A DNA stretch of 64,000 bases from Flavobacterium sp. (GCA_010365135.1 JAAFGY010000001.1:11419-75418), one strand, 5' to 3'; positions 47,633-57,491 are shown, counted from the first letter of the stretch. Notes: generated by a model not told the origin, from the sequence alone. Numbers and translations are program-made.

Positions 47633-48697
47633 TTATTTTGCTCTTTCGTATTGTTTTGGCCAAGGCACATCTGCACCAAGTTCTTTGGCGAAATCTAAGG
47701 CCAAGTATGGATTTCTAAGAGATTCTCTGGCAAATAAAACTAAATCGGCTTTTCCTGTGGCAACAATTGCTTCCGCTTGGGTTGCTTCTGTGATTAAACC
47801 AACTGCTCCCGTTAAAATTCCGGTTTCTTTTTTGATTCTTTCGGCAAAAGGAACTTGATAACCGGGTCCCAAAGCAATTTTTTGATGCGCAACTAATCCA
47901 CCAGAAGAAACGTCTATTAAGTCCACTCCCTTTTCTTCCAATAGTTGCGAAAGTTGTACCGATTCTTCAATATTCCATCCTCCATCGGCCCAATCTGTGG
48001 CGGAGATTCTGACGAATAAAGGCAAATCGCTAGGCCATTCAGATTGTACGGCTTCGAGAACTTCGAGCAGCAAACGGATTCTGTTTTCGAAACTTCCGCC
48101 ATATTCATCGGTTCTAAAATTTGACAAAGGTGAGAGAAATTGGTGTACTAAATAGCCGTGAGCTGCGTGGATTTCGACCACTTTAAAACCCGCTTGAACT
48201 GCTCTTTTTGCCGCCGATTTAAAATCGGAAATTACTTTTTGAATGCCTATTTTGTCTAAAGCAATTGGTGCTTTTTCATTGTCATGAAAAGGAATTGCTG
48301 ATGGAGCGACCGTTTCCCAACCGCCGTGAGCCTCGTCCAAAGGTTTATTTCCGTTCCAAGGTGCTGAAACACTCGCTTTTCTTCCGGCGTGAGCCAATTG
48401 AATTCCGGGAATCGCGTTTTGGGAAATAATAAACTGATTGATAATTTTCATTTTTTCGATCTGTTCGTCTTTCCAAAGACCCAAATCTCCGGGAGAAATT
48501 CGCCCTTCGGGAGAAACCGAAGTTGCTTCCTGAATGATTAAAGCGGCACCACCACTGGCTCGACTGCCTAAATGCACAAGATGCCAATCGTTGGCAAAAC
48601 CCTCTTCTGCAGTGTATTGACACATTGGCGAAATGGCGATTCTGTTTTTAAAAAGGAGGCTTTTTATTTGAATAGTTGAAAATAATTGCGATAGCAT
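47633..48697 (-). CDS. NADH:flavin oxidoreductase (Old Yellow Enzyme, YqjM/NamA-like)
   Basis: SPMCQY, QLAHAGRK, EIHAAHGYL, YGGSFENR, RISATDW motifs; ATG 48697 preferred. Confidence 0.92.
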   Translation of the reverse strand: MLSQLFSTIQIKSLLFKNRIAISPMCQYTAEEGFANDWHLVHLGSRASGGAALIIQEATSVSPEGRISPGDLGLWKDEQIEKMKIINQFIISQNAIPGIQLAHAGRKASVSAPWNGNKPLDEAHGGWETVAPSAIPFHDNEKAPIALDKIGIQKVISDFKSAAKRAVQAGFKVVEIHAAHGYLVHQFLSPLSNFRTDEYGGSFENRIRLLLEVLEAVQSEWPSDLPLFVRISATDWADGGWNIEESVQLSQLLEEKGVDLIDVSSGGLVAHQKIALGPGYQVPFAERIKKETGILTGAVGLITEATQAEAIVATGKADLVLFARESLRNPYLALDFAKELGADVPWPKQYERAK

Positions 48698-48839
48698 TGT
48701 ATAGGATTTTATTAGTAAAATGAACCTTCGAGGTCTTTGTTTTTGTAACAAAAAGTAAAGTTAAGGCACATATAGTAAAGTAAAAAAGGAAAAGGTAGAA
48801 TTATTAACAAATAATTATCGTCTTGCTCAAAAGGAAACC

Positions 48840-48870
48840 TTTGGAACTAAAATAGAAAACCTTACTTTTG
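48840..48870 (+). promoter_or_regulatory. Sigma-A promoter of rseP
   Basis: TTTG, 19-nt spacer, TACTTTTG. Confidence 0.65.
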
Positions 48871-48898
48871 TGCGCTGTACAGAATTTAAAAACAAGAA

Positions 48899-50239
48899 AT
48901 GGAAATAGTTATCAAGCTTTCTCAATTTTTATTGAGCTTATCATTACTGATTATATTGCACGAATTAGGACATTTTATTCCTTCGAAAATATTTAAAACT
49001 AGAGTAGAAAAATTCTATTTGTTTTTTGACATCAAATACTCTTTATTCAAAAAGAAAATTGGTGAAACCGAATACGGAATCGGTTGGTTGCCTCTAGGTG
49101 GTTACGTGAAAATATCCGGAATGATTGACGAAAGCATGGACAAAGATCAAATGGCTTTGCCTCCACAACCTTGGGAATTCCGTTCCAAACCAGCTTGGCA
49201 ACGTTTGATAATTATGTTGGGTGGAGTAATGGTAAACTTTATTTTGGCGTTTGTGATTTACATCGGAATGGCTTATGCTTATGGCGATATATACCTCAAT
49301 AATTCAGAATTGAAAGACGGAATTGCGGTTACCAGTTCTGTTGGAGAAGAATTAGGTTTTAAAACAGGGGATAAAATTATTGCTATTGATGGCGAAAAAA
49401 TAGTTCATTTTGATGAAATCCCAATGAAAGTCTTGTTTTCTAAATCAGCTTTGATTAATCGTAACGGAGTCGAACAGACCATCCATTTTCCAGTAGATTT
49501 GATTGATAAGGTTCTAAAGGGTGAAAAACGCGCTTTCATTGGAATAAGAGAACCCTTTATGGTAGGAAAATTGTCTGATTCATCAGCAAACAAATCACTT
49601 CAACCCAAAGATGTAATCAAATCCATCAACGGCTTGCCTGTAAAATATGCCGATCAGGTTATTGCATTTGCAAAAATGAATAAAAACAAAACTGTTGATG
49701 CTATTGTTTTAAGAGATGAAAAAGAAGTTCCTGTAAAAATTACTGTCAACACAGAAGGAAAATTAGGAATATACGCAGCTTCAGTAGGAGTTAAAAGCCT
49801 TGAAAAACTCGGTCTTTATAAATTCAGTACGCAAGAATATAGCTTTTTTGAAGCCATCCCAGTGGGAATCGAGAAAGGAAAAAACCAATTATTGGGTTAC
49901 GGCAAACAGTTGAAAGCGATTTTCAATCCAGACACAGGCGCTTATAAGGGTGTTGGTGGATTTAAGGCTATTTTTGATATTTTTCCAAGCACTTGGAGCT
50001 GGGAAGTATTCTGGAATATCACGGCTTTATTGTCGATAATGCTAGGTGTAATGAATTTATTGCCTATTCCAGCCCTTGATGGAGGTCACGTCATCTTTTT
50101 ATTATACGAAATGGTTAGTGGTAAAAAACCCAGCGACAAGTTCTTAGAGCACGCTCAAATGGTTGGTTTCTTTCTACTTATAACTTTGTTGCTGTTTGCC
50201 AATGGTAATGACATCTACAAGGCGATTGTAGGTAAATAG
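48899..50239 (+). CDS. rseP: RIP metalloprotease RseP
   Basis: HELGH, PLGGYVKI, PDZ domains, NLLPIPALDGG. Confidence 0.96.
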   Translation: MEIVIKLSQFLLSLSLLIILHELGHFIPSKIFKTRVEKFYLFFDIKYSLFKKKIGETEYGIGWLPLGGYVKISGMIDESMDKDQMALPPQPWEFRSKPAWQRLIIMLGGVMVNFILAFVIYIGMAYAYGDIYLNNSELKDGIAVTSSVGEELGFKTGDKIIAIDGEKIVHFDEIPMKVLFSKSALINRNGVEQTIHFPVDLIDKVLKGEKRAFIGIREPFMVGKLSDSSANKSLQPKDVIKSINGLPVKYADQVIAFAKMNKNKTVDAIVLRDEKEVPVKITVNTEGKLGIYAASVGVKSLEKLGLYKFSTQEYSFFEAIPVGIEKGKNQLLGYGKQLKAIFNPDTGAYKGVGGFKAIFDIFPSTWSWEVFWNITALLSIMLGVMNLLPIPALDGGHVIFLLYEMVSGKKPSDKFLEHAQMVGFFLLITLLLFANGNDIYKAIVGK

Positions 50240-50266
50240 TTTTTTTCAATATTTTTTTCAATTTAG

Positions 50267-50297
50267 TTTGCAAAAATTAAATTTAGCACTATATTTG
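50267..50297 (+). promoter_or_regulatory. Sigma-A promoter of the tRNA locus
   Basis: TTTG, 19-nt spacer, TATATTTG. Confidence 0.7.
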
Positions 50298-50375
50298 CAA
50301 CCGCTTAAACAAACAACTATTATTAGTTAAAGCGACACAAAACGTTCATTCAAAACAAGAATAATAAATACAGTT

Positions 50376-50449
50376 TCCTTCTTAGCTCAGTTGGTTAGAG
50401 CATCTGACTGTTAATCAGAGGGTCCTTGGTTCGAGCCCAAGAGAGGGAG
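50376..50449 (+). tRNA. tRNA-Asn(GTT)
   Basis: Acceptor TCCTTCT/AGAGGGA; D arm GCTC/GAGC; anticodon arm TCTGA-CTGTTAA-TCAGA; T arm CTTGG-TTCGAGC-CCAAG; CCA not encoded. Confidence 0.95.
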
Positions 50450-50450
50450 C

Positions 50451-50480
50451 AAAAAGCTAGTCGAAAGACTAGCTTTTTTT
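50451..50480 (+). terminator. Intrinsic terminator after tRNA-Asn
   Basis: GCTAGTC-GAAA-GACTAGC followed by T7. Confidence 0.85.
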
Positions 50481-50564
50481 GTTTAAATTCGGATCTAAAT
50501 CTTTACTTAATTTTTAGAAATACCCGAAAAAAACATTTAAGTTATTACTTTAGTAGCGGTTTTC

Positions 50565-50636
50565 AGCCCCGTAGTTCAACGGATAGAATGGGAGTTTCCT
50601 AAACTTTTGATCCGAGTTCGATTCTCGGCGGGGCTA
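50565..50636 (+). tRNA. tRNA-Arg(CCT)
   Basis: Acceptor AGCCCCG/CGGGGCT; anticodon arm GGAGT-TTCCTAA-ACTTT (two G.U pairs); T arm CCGAG-TTCGATT-CTCGG. Confidence 0.9.
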
Positions 50637-50637
50637 C

Positions 50638-50670
50638 AAAAAAGACTGTCAGAAATGATGGTCTTTTTTT
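50638..50670 (+). terminator. Terminator after tRNA-Arg
   Basis: AAAGACTGTCA-GAAA-TGATGGTCTTT followed by Ts. Confidence 0.65.
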
Positions 50671-50755
50671 GTGTTAAATTGAACAAGCCACAATAGCTAG
50701 TATAAAAAGTTAAAAATAAAACCTTACTTTTATATCAACATTTAATTGAAAATCC

Positions 50756-51871
50756 ATGAAAAAAGTCAACTTATTATTACTCGCTATTATTGTTTTGAGC
50801 TGTCAGGCACAGGTAAAACCTAACGATATTGCTATTCAAGACGAAGTAATCAAATATACTTTTGAAACCGTTGCAGATGGAATTCCTATACCTTGGGGAA
50901 TGGCTTTTTTGCCTGACAATTCGATGCTTGTCACTGAAAAAAGCGGTGTTTTATACCACATAAAAAATGGAGTTAAAACGGAAGTTAAAAATGTTCCTGC
51001 AGTTTATAATCGTGGACAAGGCGGTTTACTCGATATTGTTTTACATCCTGATTATGCCAAAAATGGTTGGATTTACATTAGCTATTCTTCCTCCGAAGGC
51101 GAAGGTCAAGGCGGCAACACTAAACTCATTCGAACAAAATTAGTGGACGGAGGTCTAACACAAATTGAATCCCTTTATAAATGCGAACCGAACACAACAA
51201 AAGGACAGCATTTTGGTTCCCGAATTGTTTTTGACAAGGAGGGTTATTTGTATTTTTCGGCAGGAGAACGAGGCAATCATTTTGTGAATCCACAAGACAT
51301 CACTCGCGATAACGGAAAAATTTACCGCCTCAATGATGATGGCAGTATTCCTAAAGACAATCCTTTTGTAGGACAAGCCAATGCTAAGGAAGCAATCTAT
51401 ACTTACGGAAATCGCAATCCGCAAGGATTAGTATTAAATCCCTATACAGGCGCAATATGGGAACACGAACACGGTCCGCAAGGTGGCGATGAAATCAATA
51501 TTGTCAAAAAAGGCGCTAATTATGGTTGGCCGGTGGTTACATACGGCATCGATTATGACAACACAATTATTAGCAAAGAACAACAAAAATCGGGTATAGA
51601 AGATCCTATTTACTATTGGCTTCCTTCTATCGCGCCAAGCGGAATGCTATTTGTTACAAGCGATAAATATCCAGATTGGAAAGGAAATTTACTCGTAGGT
51701 TCTTTGAAATTTCAATACTTGGAACTGGTAAAATTAGAAGGCAATAAAATCATTGGTAGACAAAAAATTGGCACAGGAATTGGTCGTATGCGTAATGTGG
51801 CTCAAGGTCCCGATGGTTACATCTATTTAGGGGTAGAAGGAAAAGGAATTCTAAAAATTATGCCGAATTAA
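50756..51871 (+). CDS. PQQ-dependent sugar dehydrogenase (glucose/sorbosone, YliI-like), lipoprotein
   Basis: Lipobox LSC; PWGMAFLP, GQGGLLDI, HFGSRIVF, YGNRNPQG, EHGPQGGDEIN, GANYGWP motifs. Confidence 0.9.
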   Translation: MKKVNLLLLAIIVLSCQAQVKPNDIAIQDEVIKYTFETVADGIPIPWGMAFLPDNSMLVTEKSGVLYHIKNGVKTEVKNVPAVYNRGQGGLLDIVLHPDYAKNGWIYISYSSSEGEGQGGNTKLIRTKLVDGGLTQIESLYKCEPNTTKGQHFGSRIVFDKEGYLYFSAGERGNHFVNPQDITRDNGKIYRLNDDGSIPKDNPFVGQANAKEAIYTYGNRNPQGLVLNPYTGAIWEHEHGPQGGDEINIVKKGANYGWPVVTYGIDYDNTIISKEQQKSGIEDPIYYWLPSIAPSGMLFVTSDKYPDWKGNLLVGSLKFQYLELVKLEGNKIIGRQKIGTGIGRMRNVAQGPDGYIYLGVEGKGILKIMPN

Positions 51872-51911
51872 ATTGCCGCAAAGTAGTGCTCAAGAAGTAT
51901 TCAATGGAATA

Positions 51912-51951
51912 ACCGCAAATGCGCAAATTATATTAATTGTGAATTTGCGGT
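51912..51951. repeat. 9-mer inverted array ACCGCAAAT...ATTTGCGGT
   Basis: Perfect 9-bp terminal inverted repeat; CGCAAAT at 51914 and 51923. Confidence 0.6.
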
Positions 51952-51973
51952 AAAAACTAAAAAGATTAAAGTA

Positions 51974-52429
51974 ATGATTACTAAACTATATCTTGGAATT
52001 GCTTTGATGGCTTCCGTTTATTTATATTATTCGGATGCAAGTAGTGCTTCAGAAATAAAGTACCTTTCTATTGCTGAAATCCAACAACAAACTCCTTTGC
52101 AAAAGAGTATAGCAAACGGAAAAGACGTCTATGCTGATTTTTGTGTCCAATGTCATCTGGCTAACGGCAAAGGGGACGGGCTGAATATTCCACCTCTCGA
52201 TGGTTCAGATTGGCTAAAAAAGAAAAGAAGCCAAATCATTCATGTAGTGAAATACGGTCAATCTAGTGAAATTATGGTCAATTCAAAAAAATTCAACAAT
52301 ATAATGCCTGCGCCCGTGGGGTTGAGTAATCAGGAAGTAGCTGATGTGCTGAATTATGTTATGAATTCATGGAGCAATAAAAATAAAAAAATAGTTACAG
52401 CTGACCAAGTCGCTTTGGTAAAACCTTAA
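51974..52429 (+). CDS. Monoheme cytochrome c
   Basis: Signal/TM segment; CVQCH heme motif; PPLDGS; distal Met in IMPAP. Confidence 0.9.
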   Translation: MITKLYLGIALMASVYLYYSDASSASEIKYLSIAEIQQQTPLQKSIANGKDVYADFCVQCHLANGKGDGLNIPPLDGSDWLKKKRSQIIHVVKYGQSSEIMVNSKKFNNIMPAPVGLSNQEVADVLNYVMNSWSNKNKKIVTADQVALVKP

Positions 52430-52444
52430 ACTAGTTTTTCCTTA

Positions 52445-54523
52445 CTAAAAAAGATAGCTCAAGTTGATGCCACCAAAATAATTTCTGGGATTTCCAGGAT
52501 AATAGTAACGAGGTTGTACATTTCCAAAACCTACAGCATTAGGTAAAATACTGGCCGCATAATGGGTGTTGCTAACATTATTGATTCCAGCGTTTAACTC
52601 CGTTTTTAGCCTTTTCAAAATGGTAAAAGCATAGCTTGTTTTAACATCTAAAAGGCTGTAGGCTTGAGTATATTTGGAGTTTTGATCATTCATTGGAATT
52701 TTACCCACTTTTCTAAAAGAAGTATATAGGCTAAAACCACTTTTAGTACTTGCATTAAGCCCAAAATTCGATTGTGATGCGGGAGCTCCCGTGAGTTCGT
52801 TGCCAGAATAATCCTTGCCTACATCTACAAAGTCTTTGAATTTAAAGTGATTCACAGTTCCTGAAATCGTAGCGCTAAGTTGCCATTGCTCCGTTTTTAC
52901 CAACTGATAATTTAACAAATATTCTAAACCAATATGGGAACTTTCACCCGCATTGATTCCTATATATTGATCGTTGGCAGTTCGGTTTGCCACTAATAAA
53001 TTTGTAATTTGACAGCTATATAGCGCTATTTCTGTGTATAATTTATGGTTTAACCAATTTCCTTTGAAACCCAATTCATAGTTCCAGCCTATTTCTGGTT
53101 TTAATTTGGTGTTGATTTGCCCTGTTGGAGTTAAAGTTTCTGCAACAGCTGGTGTCGAAAAACCTTTGCTTATGGAGGTGTAAAAGTTTTTAGCTTTAGC
53201 AATCTGATACGAAAGACCAGCCCTTGGCGACCATACAGACCCAAAAGAATAGGACTGCTTTGGGTTATTACTATTGGGTTCGAAAACATCTTGCAAAGTA
53301 TATTGTGTCGTGTTGAATGCCAAACCTGTTTCGAGATGCAACGCTTTGGTCAATGAGAAATCCATTTGCAAAAAATAATTGCTGTACTTTCTGTTTTGCT
53401 TCATTTTACTGAATTCAGCTCCAGCGATACTTCCTTGATTGGGTTGCGATAGATACCCATTTTTGAATAGCGAAACTCCATATTTTTCAGTAGCTAATTC
53501 CGTTCCTAAACTCCCCTCGAAAGGAATAGATAACAACGTACTTTTATAATTTAAAACCGAACGCAAGCCAATAGTACTTGTTTTTTCATCCAGAATATCA
53601 AAAGGTCTCGCCTCATACGCCTTTTTGTAATTGGAAAAAATACTGCTTACAAAATTCCATTTGTCTGATAGTTTATAACTGTAGCCAATTCCCACCAGCA
53701 ATTTATCATAGGATTCATATCCTTGTGATGCAGCCCAAGTAAATGCGGCCTTCTCCGGATGATTTTCATAATCGGTTTCATTGATAGAACTTGGGATAAA
53801 AGCTTTCAATCTGGTAAAAATTCCAATGAATGATAAGCTTCCGTTCTGCTTTATTTTTTGCTTTCCGTGGAAATTAAATGATTTTCGATCATAAGCGGAA
53901 TTTTGGCGAAAGCCGTCACTTTGTAAATGAGAATAACTCGTATATACATTAGAGTTGGTAGTGGCAAACGCTCCCGAAAGTGTTTGTTTTACAAACCCGA
54001 AACTACCATAAGTGGTGGTTGATTTCCCTTCTAATTGTTGAAAACTAGCTTCTGTTGCCAAGAGATGAATTACTCCGCCAAGACCCGAACCAAAACTGGT
54101 AGAATTTGGTCCTTTGATAATTTCAATACTGCCAATGGATTCTAAATCAACATCTTCAATACTAGATTCCCCCTCAGCGGATGTCAACGGAATATTTTCA
54201 AAGTAAGTTTTTAATCTCGTAGTCCCATATTGAGCACGAGCCCCTATTCCTCTTATCGTAATCCGGTTTGTATTCAAGGTGCCTTGCAGCATAAAAACAC
54301 CAGAGATTTTGTTCAAAACAGCCGTAAGAATGACACCATCTGTTGTATTAAGTTCCTTTCTGTCAATAACCGAAACGGAATAAGCTGCGTTTTGAAGGGA
54401 AGTTTTTATAGGGGAAGTCACTATCTTAATTTCAGAAAGGGAAATAGTATCTTTTTTAACTTGACTAGAAACAAGATATACTGCAAAGAAAATTAGAAAA
54501 AAAGAAATTATATTTTTATGCAA
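52445..54523 (-). CDS. TonB-dependent receptor (YncD/PqqU-like plug)
   Basis: Plug TIRGIGARAQYG...IEIIKGPNSTSFGSGLGGVI; barrel; C-terminal YLF. Confidence 0.88.
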   Translation of the reverse strand: MHKNIISFFLIFFAVYLVSSQVKKDTISLSEIKIVTSPIKTSLQNAAYSVSVIDRKELNTTDGVILTAVLNKISGVFMLQGTLNTNRITIRGIGARAQYGTTRLKTYFENIPLTSAEGESSIEDVDLESIGSIEIIKGPNSTSFGSGLGGVIHLLATEASFQQLEGKSTTTYGSFGFVKQTLSGAFATTNSNVYTSYSHLQSDGFRQNSAYDRKSFNFHGKQKIKQNGSLSFIGIFTRLKAFIPSSINETDYENHPEKAAFTWAASQGYESYDKLLVGIGYSYKLSDKWNFVSSIFSNYKKAYEARPFDILDEKTSTIGLRSVLNYKSTLLSIPFEGSLGTELATEKYGVSLFKNGYLSQPNQGSIAGAEFSKMKQNRKYSNYFLQMDFSLTKALHLETGLAFNTTQYTLQDVFEPNSNNPKQSYSFGSVWSPRAGLSYQIAKAKNFYTSISKGFSTPAVAETLTPTGQINTKLKPEIGWNYELGFKGNWLNHKLYTEIALYSCQITNLLVANRTANDQYIGINAGESSHIGLEYLLNYQLVKTEQWQLSATISGTVNHFKFKDFVDVGKDYSGNELTGAPASQSNFGLNASTKSGFSLYTSFRKVGKIPMNDQNSKYTQAYSLLDVKTSYAFTILKRLKTELNAGINNVSNTHYAASILPNAVGFGNVQPRYYYPGNPRNYFGGINLSYLF

Positions 54524-54667
54524 TTGTTAGGAATTTTAGGTGAATAAATCGTTTATAAAATTAACCTATTCTTTCCTATTCTCAAAAAAATGCTGGGCTA
54601 GTTAACATTTAAACTATTTATTGAATGTGGTTAATGGTCACTCAAAAAAAGGCGTTCGATTAACTTA

Positions 54668-54688
54668 TTCGATTCTCGGCGGGGCTAC
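54668..54688 (+). repeat. Duplicated tRNA-Arg 3' end (att-like)
   Basis: Identical to 50617-50637. Confidence 0.85.
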
Positions 54689-54821
54689 TTGAAAGACTTT
54701 TCAGTGATATAAGGTTTTTTTTCGTATAACGATGAACCTTCCGATTTCTTCAAAGTTATTTTTGATTATATTTGGTTTTAATAAATCCACCAAATTAAAA
54801 ACATTCAAAAAACGCCCCACA

Positions 54822-55351
54822 ATGGAAAATAAAAAACGCTTGTCTGCAGAACTACGTTCGTCAATTCTCATTATATTGAAAGAGCGTTTTGAAAAAAACA
54901 CAAATCGCCACGCCAATCTTGAATGGGATTTGGTGCGAACGAAACTGGAAGCTAACCCTGAGAAACTATGGTCGCTCCACGAAATGGAAAGAACAGGCGG
55001 CGAACCAGATGTTGTACTCCCAATTCGGCCGAAAGTCCTAAAGGCCGCAGAAGCATTTGTTACGACCAAGAAGCATTGGATTCCAGAAAAGAACATAAGC
55101 CCGCAACGAGTGCTATTGAAATGGCATTAGAAATGGGCATTGAACTTTTATCAGAAGAAAACTACCGAGAATTACAACAACTTGGCAATTTCGACTCCAA
55201 AACATCGAGTTGGATAAAAACGCCTCCCGAGATTAGAAAACTTGGTGGTGCTCTTTTTGCCGATTTTCGTTATAACACCGTCTTTGTCTATCATAATGGC
55301 GCAGAATCTTATTATGCTGCAAGAGGGTTTCGAGGATTGTTAAGGGTTTAA
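54822..55351 (+). pseudogene. DUF4256-family protein disrupted by a frameshift, probably with a short deletion
   Basis: MENKK...EMERTGGEPDVV in one frame; SAESPKGRRSICYD...YYAARGFRGLLRV in another; junction near 55010-55030. Confidence 0.78.
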
Positions 55352-55539
55352 AATATTTATAAAAGCACCCTGTAAAAATGGTTTTGAATTCAAATGCACA
55401 GCGTTACTAATCATGACGAAACTATGGCGTGAATTTTGTTCATTAATCATTTTTTAGCTTCGATTTAAGGGAGTTTATACGATATACAAGAATTATTATT
55501 TTAAATCACCTACTTTTATGTCCTTATAAACGCTGCCAC

Positions 55540-56571
55540 ATGAAAAATTCTATATTTTCTTTCCTAGTTCAACTTGTTCTGTTTTATTTTATAATGATTA
55601 CTTTCAGTTGCGATAAAGTCAAAGTACTTGATACTCGAACTGAAAAAGACAAGAAAACAACCGTTCCGGCTATTGCTAAACCTGACGAAGCCTCCATTGA
55701 CACTTTAGAGTACAACCGACTGATGCTTCACTTAAGTAACAATGATAGCACGGGAAAATGGCCTGTAAAAACCCCTTATCCATTGCCAGGAGCTCTATTG
55801 CCTTACAACAGAATTATTGCTTTTTATGGGAATCTGTATTCCAAAAGAATGGGGATTTTAGGTGAATTGCCAAAAAAGGAAATGCTGAAAAAACTACAAT
55901 CTGAAGTAACTAAGTGGCAAGAAGCAGATTCTACCATAAAAACAATTCCTGCCTTGCATTATATCGCCATTACAGCACAAGGAGCACCGGGAAAAAGCAA
56001 TTTACATCGGATGCGAATGCCCTTTAAACAAATAGATACCATTGTGAGTTGGGCAAAATCAATTAATGCAATAGTTTTTTTAGATATTCAGGTGGGTCAT
56101 AGTTCAGTAAAAGATGAAGTAGCGACGCTAGAATCCTATCTTAAATTACCAAATATCCATCTAGCTATTGACCCAGAATTTTCATTAAAAAATGGAGAAA
56201 TTCCCGGAACAAAAATTGGCACATTTAAGGCAGATGACATTAATGACGCGATCGACATCTTAGTTAAAATAGTGCGTGAAAATAATCTTCCTCCTAAAAT
56301 TTTGATTGTTCATCGCTTTACACAAGGTATGGTCACCAATTACAAAAAAATAAAAACAGTCCCCGAAGTACAAATAGTTATGGATATGGATGGATTTGGT
56401 TCCAAAGTATTAAAAAAATCTACTTATGTTCGCTATATTCATAAAGAACCGGTAGAATTTACAGGATTTAAATTGTTTTATAAAAATGACAATAAAAACG
56501 GATGGCAAATGTACACCCCTGAGGAGTTATTACAATTGACCCCAAAACCCATTTACATACAATATCAGTGA
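55540..56571 (+). CDS. Uncharacterised lipoprotein, possibly glycoside-hydrolase-like barrel
   Basis: Lipobox TFSC; RIIAFYG, VFLDIQ, LAIDPEF, DMDGFG, GFKLFYK conserved-looking blocks. Confidence 0.65.
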   Translation: MKNSIFSFLVQLVLFYFIMITFSCDKVKVLDTRTEKDKKTTVPAIAKPDEASIDTLEYNRLMLHLSNNDSTGKWPVKTPYPLPGALLPYNRIIAFYGNLYSKRMGILGELPKKEMLKKLQSEVTKWQEADSTIKTIPALHYIAITAQGAPGKSNLHRMRMPFKQIDTIVSWAKSINAIVFLDIQVGHSSVKDEVATLESYLKLPNIHLAIDPEFSLKNGEIPGTKIGTFKADDINDAIDILVKIVRENNLPPKILIVHRFTQGMVTNYKKIKTVPEVQIVMDMDGFGSKVLKKSTYVRYIHKEPVEFTGFKLFYKNDNKNGWQMYTPEELLQLTPKPIYIQYQ

Positions 56572-56596
56572 TATAGCATATTTTAAAAATTTAGTT

Positions 56597-57439
56597 ATGA
56601 AATACAGTCTATTTTCGTTGCTTGTTGCTCTTCTGATAGTATCTGGATGTCAATCTAAACCCGATGGGGTAAAAAAAGATGCGGCTATCACAAAAAAAGT
56701 GGTCAAAATAGAAACCTCCAAAAAGAAAGAAGCCAGCCCTGAAGAAATTCTTGAAAAACCCGAAGTACCAGTATTATGCTATCATCGCATTCGAAATATT
56801 CTTCCTAGCGACGGGTCAGATATGAAAACCTATTCGGTCACGCCTGTTAACTTTGCCCAACAAATGAAAACACTGTCCGATAATGGATTTCACACCATTT
56901 TACCGAACCAGTTATACGAATACTTGGTATATAATAAAAAATTGCCTTCCAAACCAATCCTAATTACATTTGATGACGGCCGAGAAGAACAATATAGTTT
57001 GGGTGCAACCGAAATGAATAAATATGGTTTCAAAGGGGTGTTTTTCATAATGACGGTTGCTATGAATCGACCTGGGTATTTGACTAAAACTGACATCAAG
57101 AATTTATCGGTAAGTGGGCATTGTATTGGGGCTCATACTTGGGACCATCATGCCGTAACAAAATATGATGATAAGGATTGCGCTGTTCAACTTATAAAAC
57201 CAAAAAATAAATTGGAAGTCATTATTGGTGGGCAAGTAAATTATTTTGCGTATCCATTCGGAGTTTGGAACAAGGCTTCCCTGCCTAAAATAAAAAACAG
57301 CGGATACCAATTGGCTTTTATTCTTTCGAATAAAAGGGATTTGGATAATCCACTCTTCACCATTAGAAGATTAATTGTGGGCGGCTCTATGACTAGCACC
57401 GAAATGCTTCAGGCAATACAATCTACATTTAAGAAGTAA
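56597..57439 (+). CDS. Polysaccharide deacetylase (CE4) lipoprotein
   Basis: Lipobox VSGC; VLCYHRI, ITFDDG, GAHTWDH, FAYPFG motifs. Confidence 0.88.
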   Translation: MKYSLFSLLVALLIVSGCQSKPDGVKKDAAITKKVVKIETSKKKEASPEEILEKPEVPVLCYHRIRNILPSDGSDMKTYSVTPVNFAQQMKTLSDNGFHTILPNQLYEYLVYNKKLPSKPILITFDDGREEQYSLGATEMNKYGFKGVFFIMTVAMNRPGYLTKTDIKNLSVSGHCIGAHTWDHHAVTKYDDKDCAVQLIKPKNKLEVIIGGQVNYFAYPFGVWNKASLPKIKNSGYQLAFILSNKRDLDNPLFTIRRLIVGGSMTSTEMLQAIQSTFKK

Positions 57440-57491
57440 TCTCTATGGCTTTTCAGACATTTAGAAGCTATTTTACAAATCATTTCCTCAT

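Larger units (their letters stand above)
50617..54688. mobile_element. Integrase-less genomic islet at the tRNA-Arg 3' end
   Basis: 21-bp direct repeat TTCGATTCTCGGCGGGGCTAC at 50617-50637 and 54668-54688 encloses three genes. Confidence 0.65.

Noticed and set aside
54701-55096. 131-aa antisense ORF beside the att repeat as an integrase remnant
   Set aside because: It is the reverse strand of the DUF4256 pseudogene and has no tyrosine- or serine-recombinase motif.
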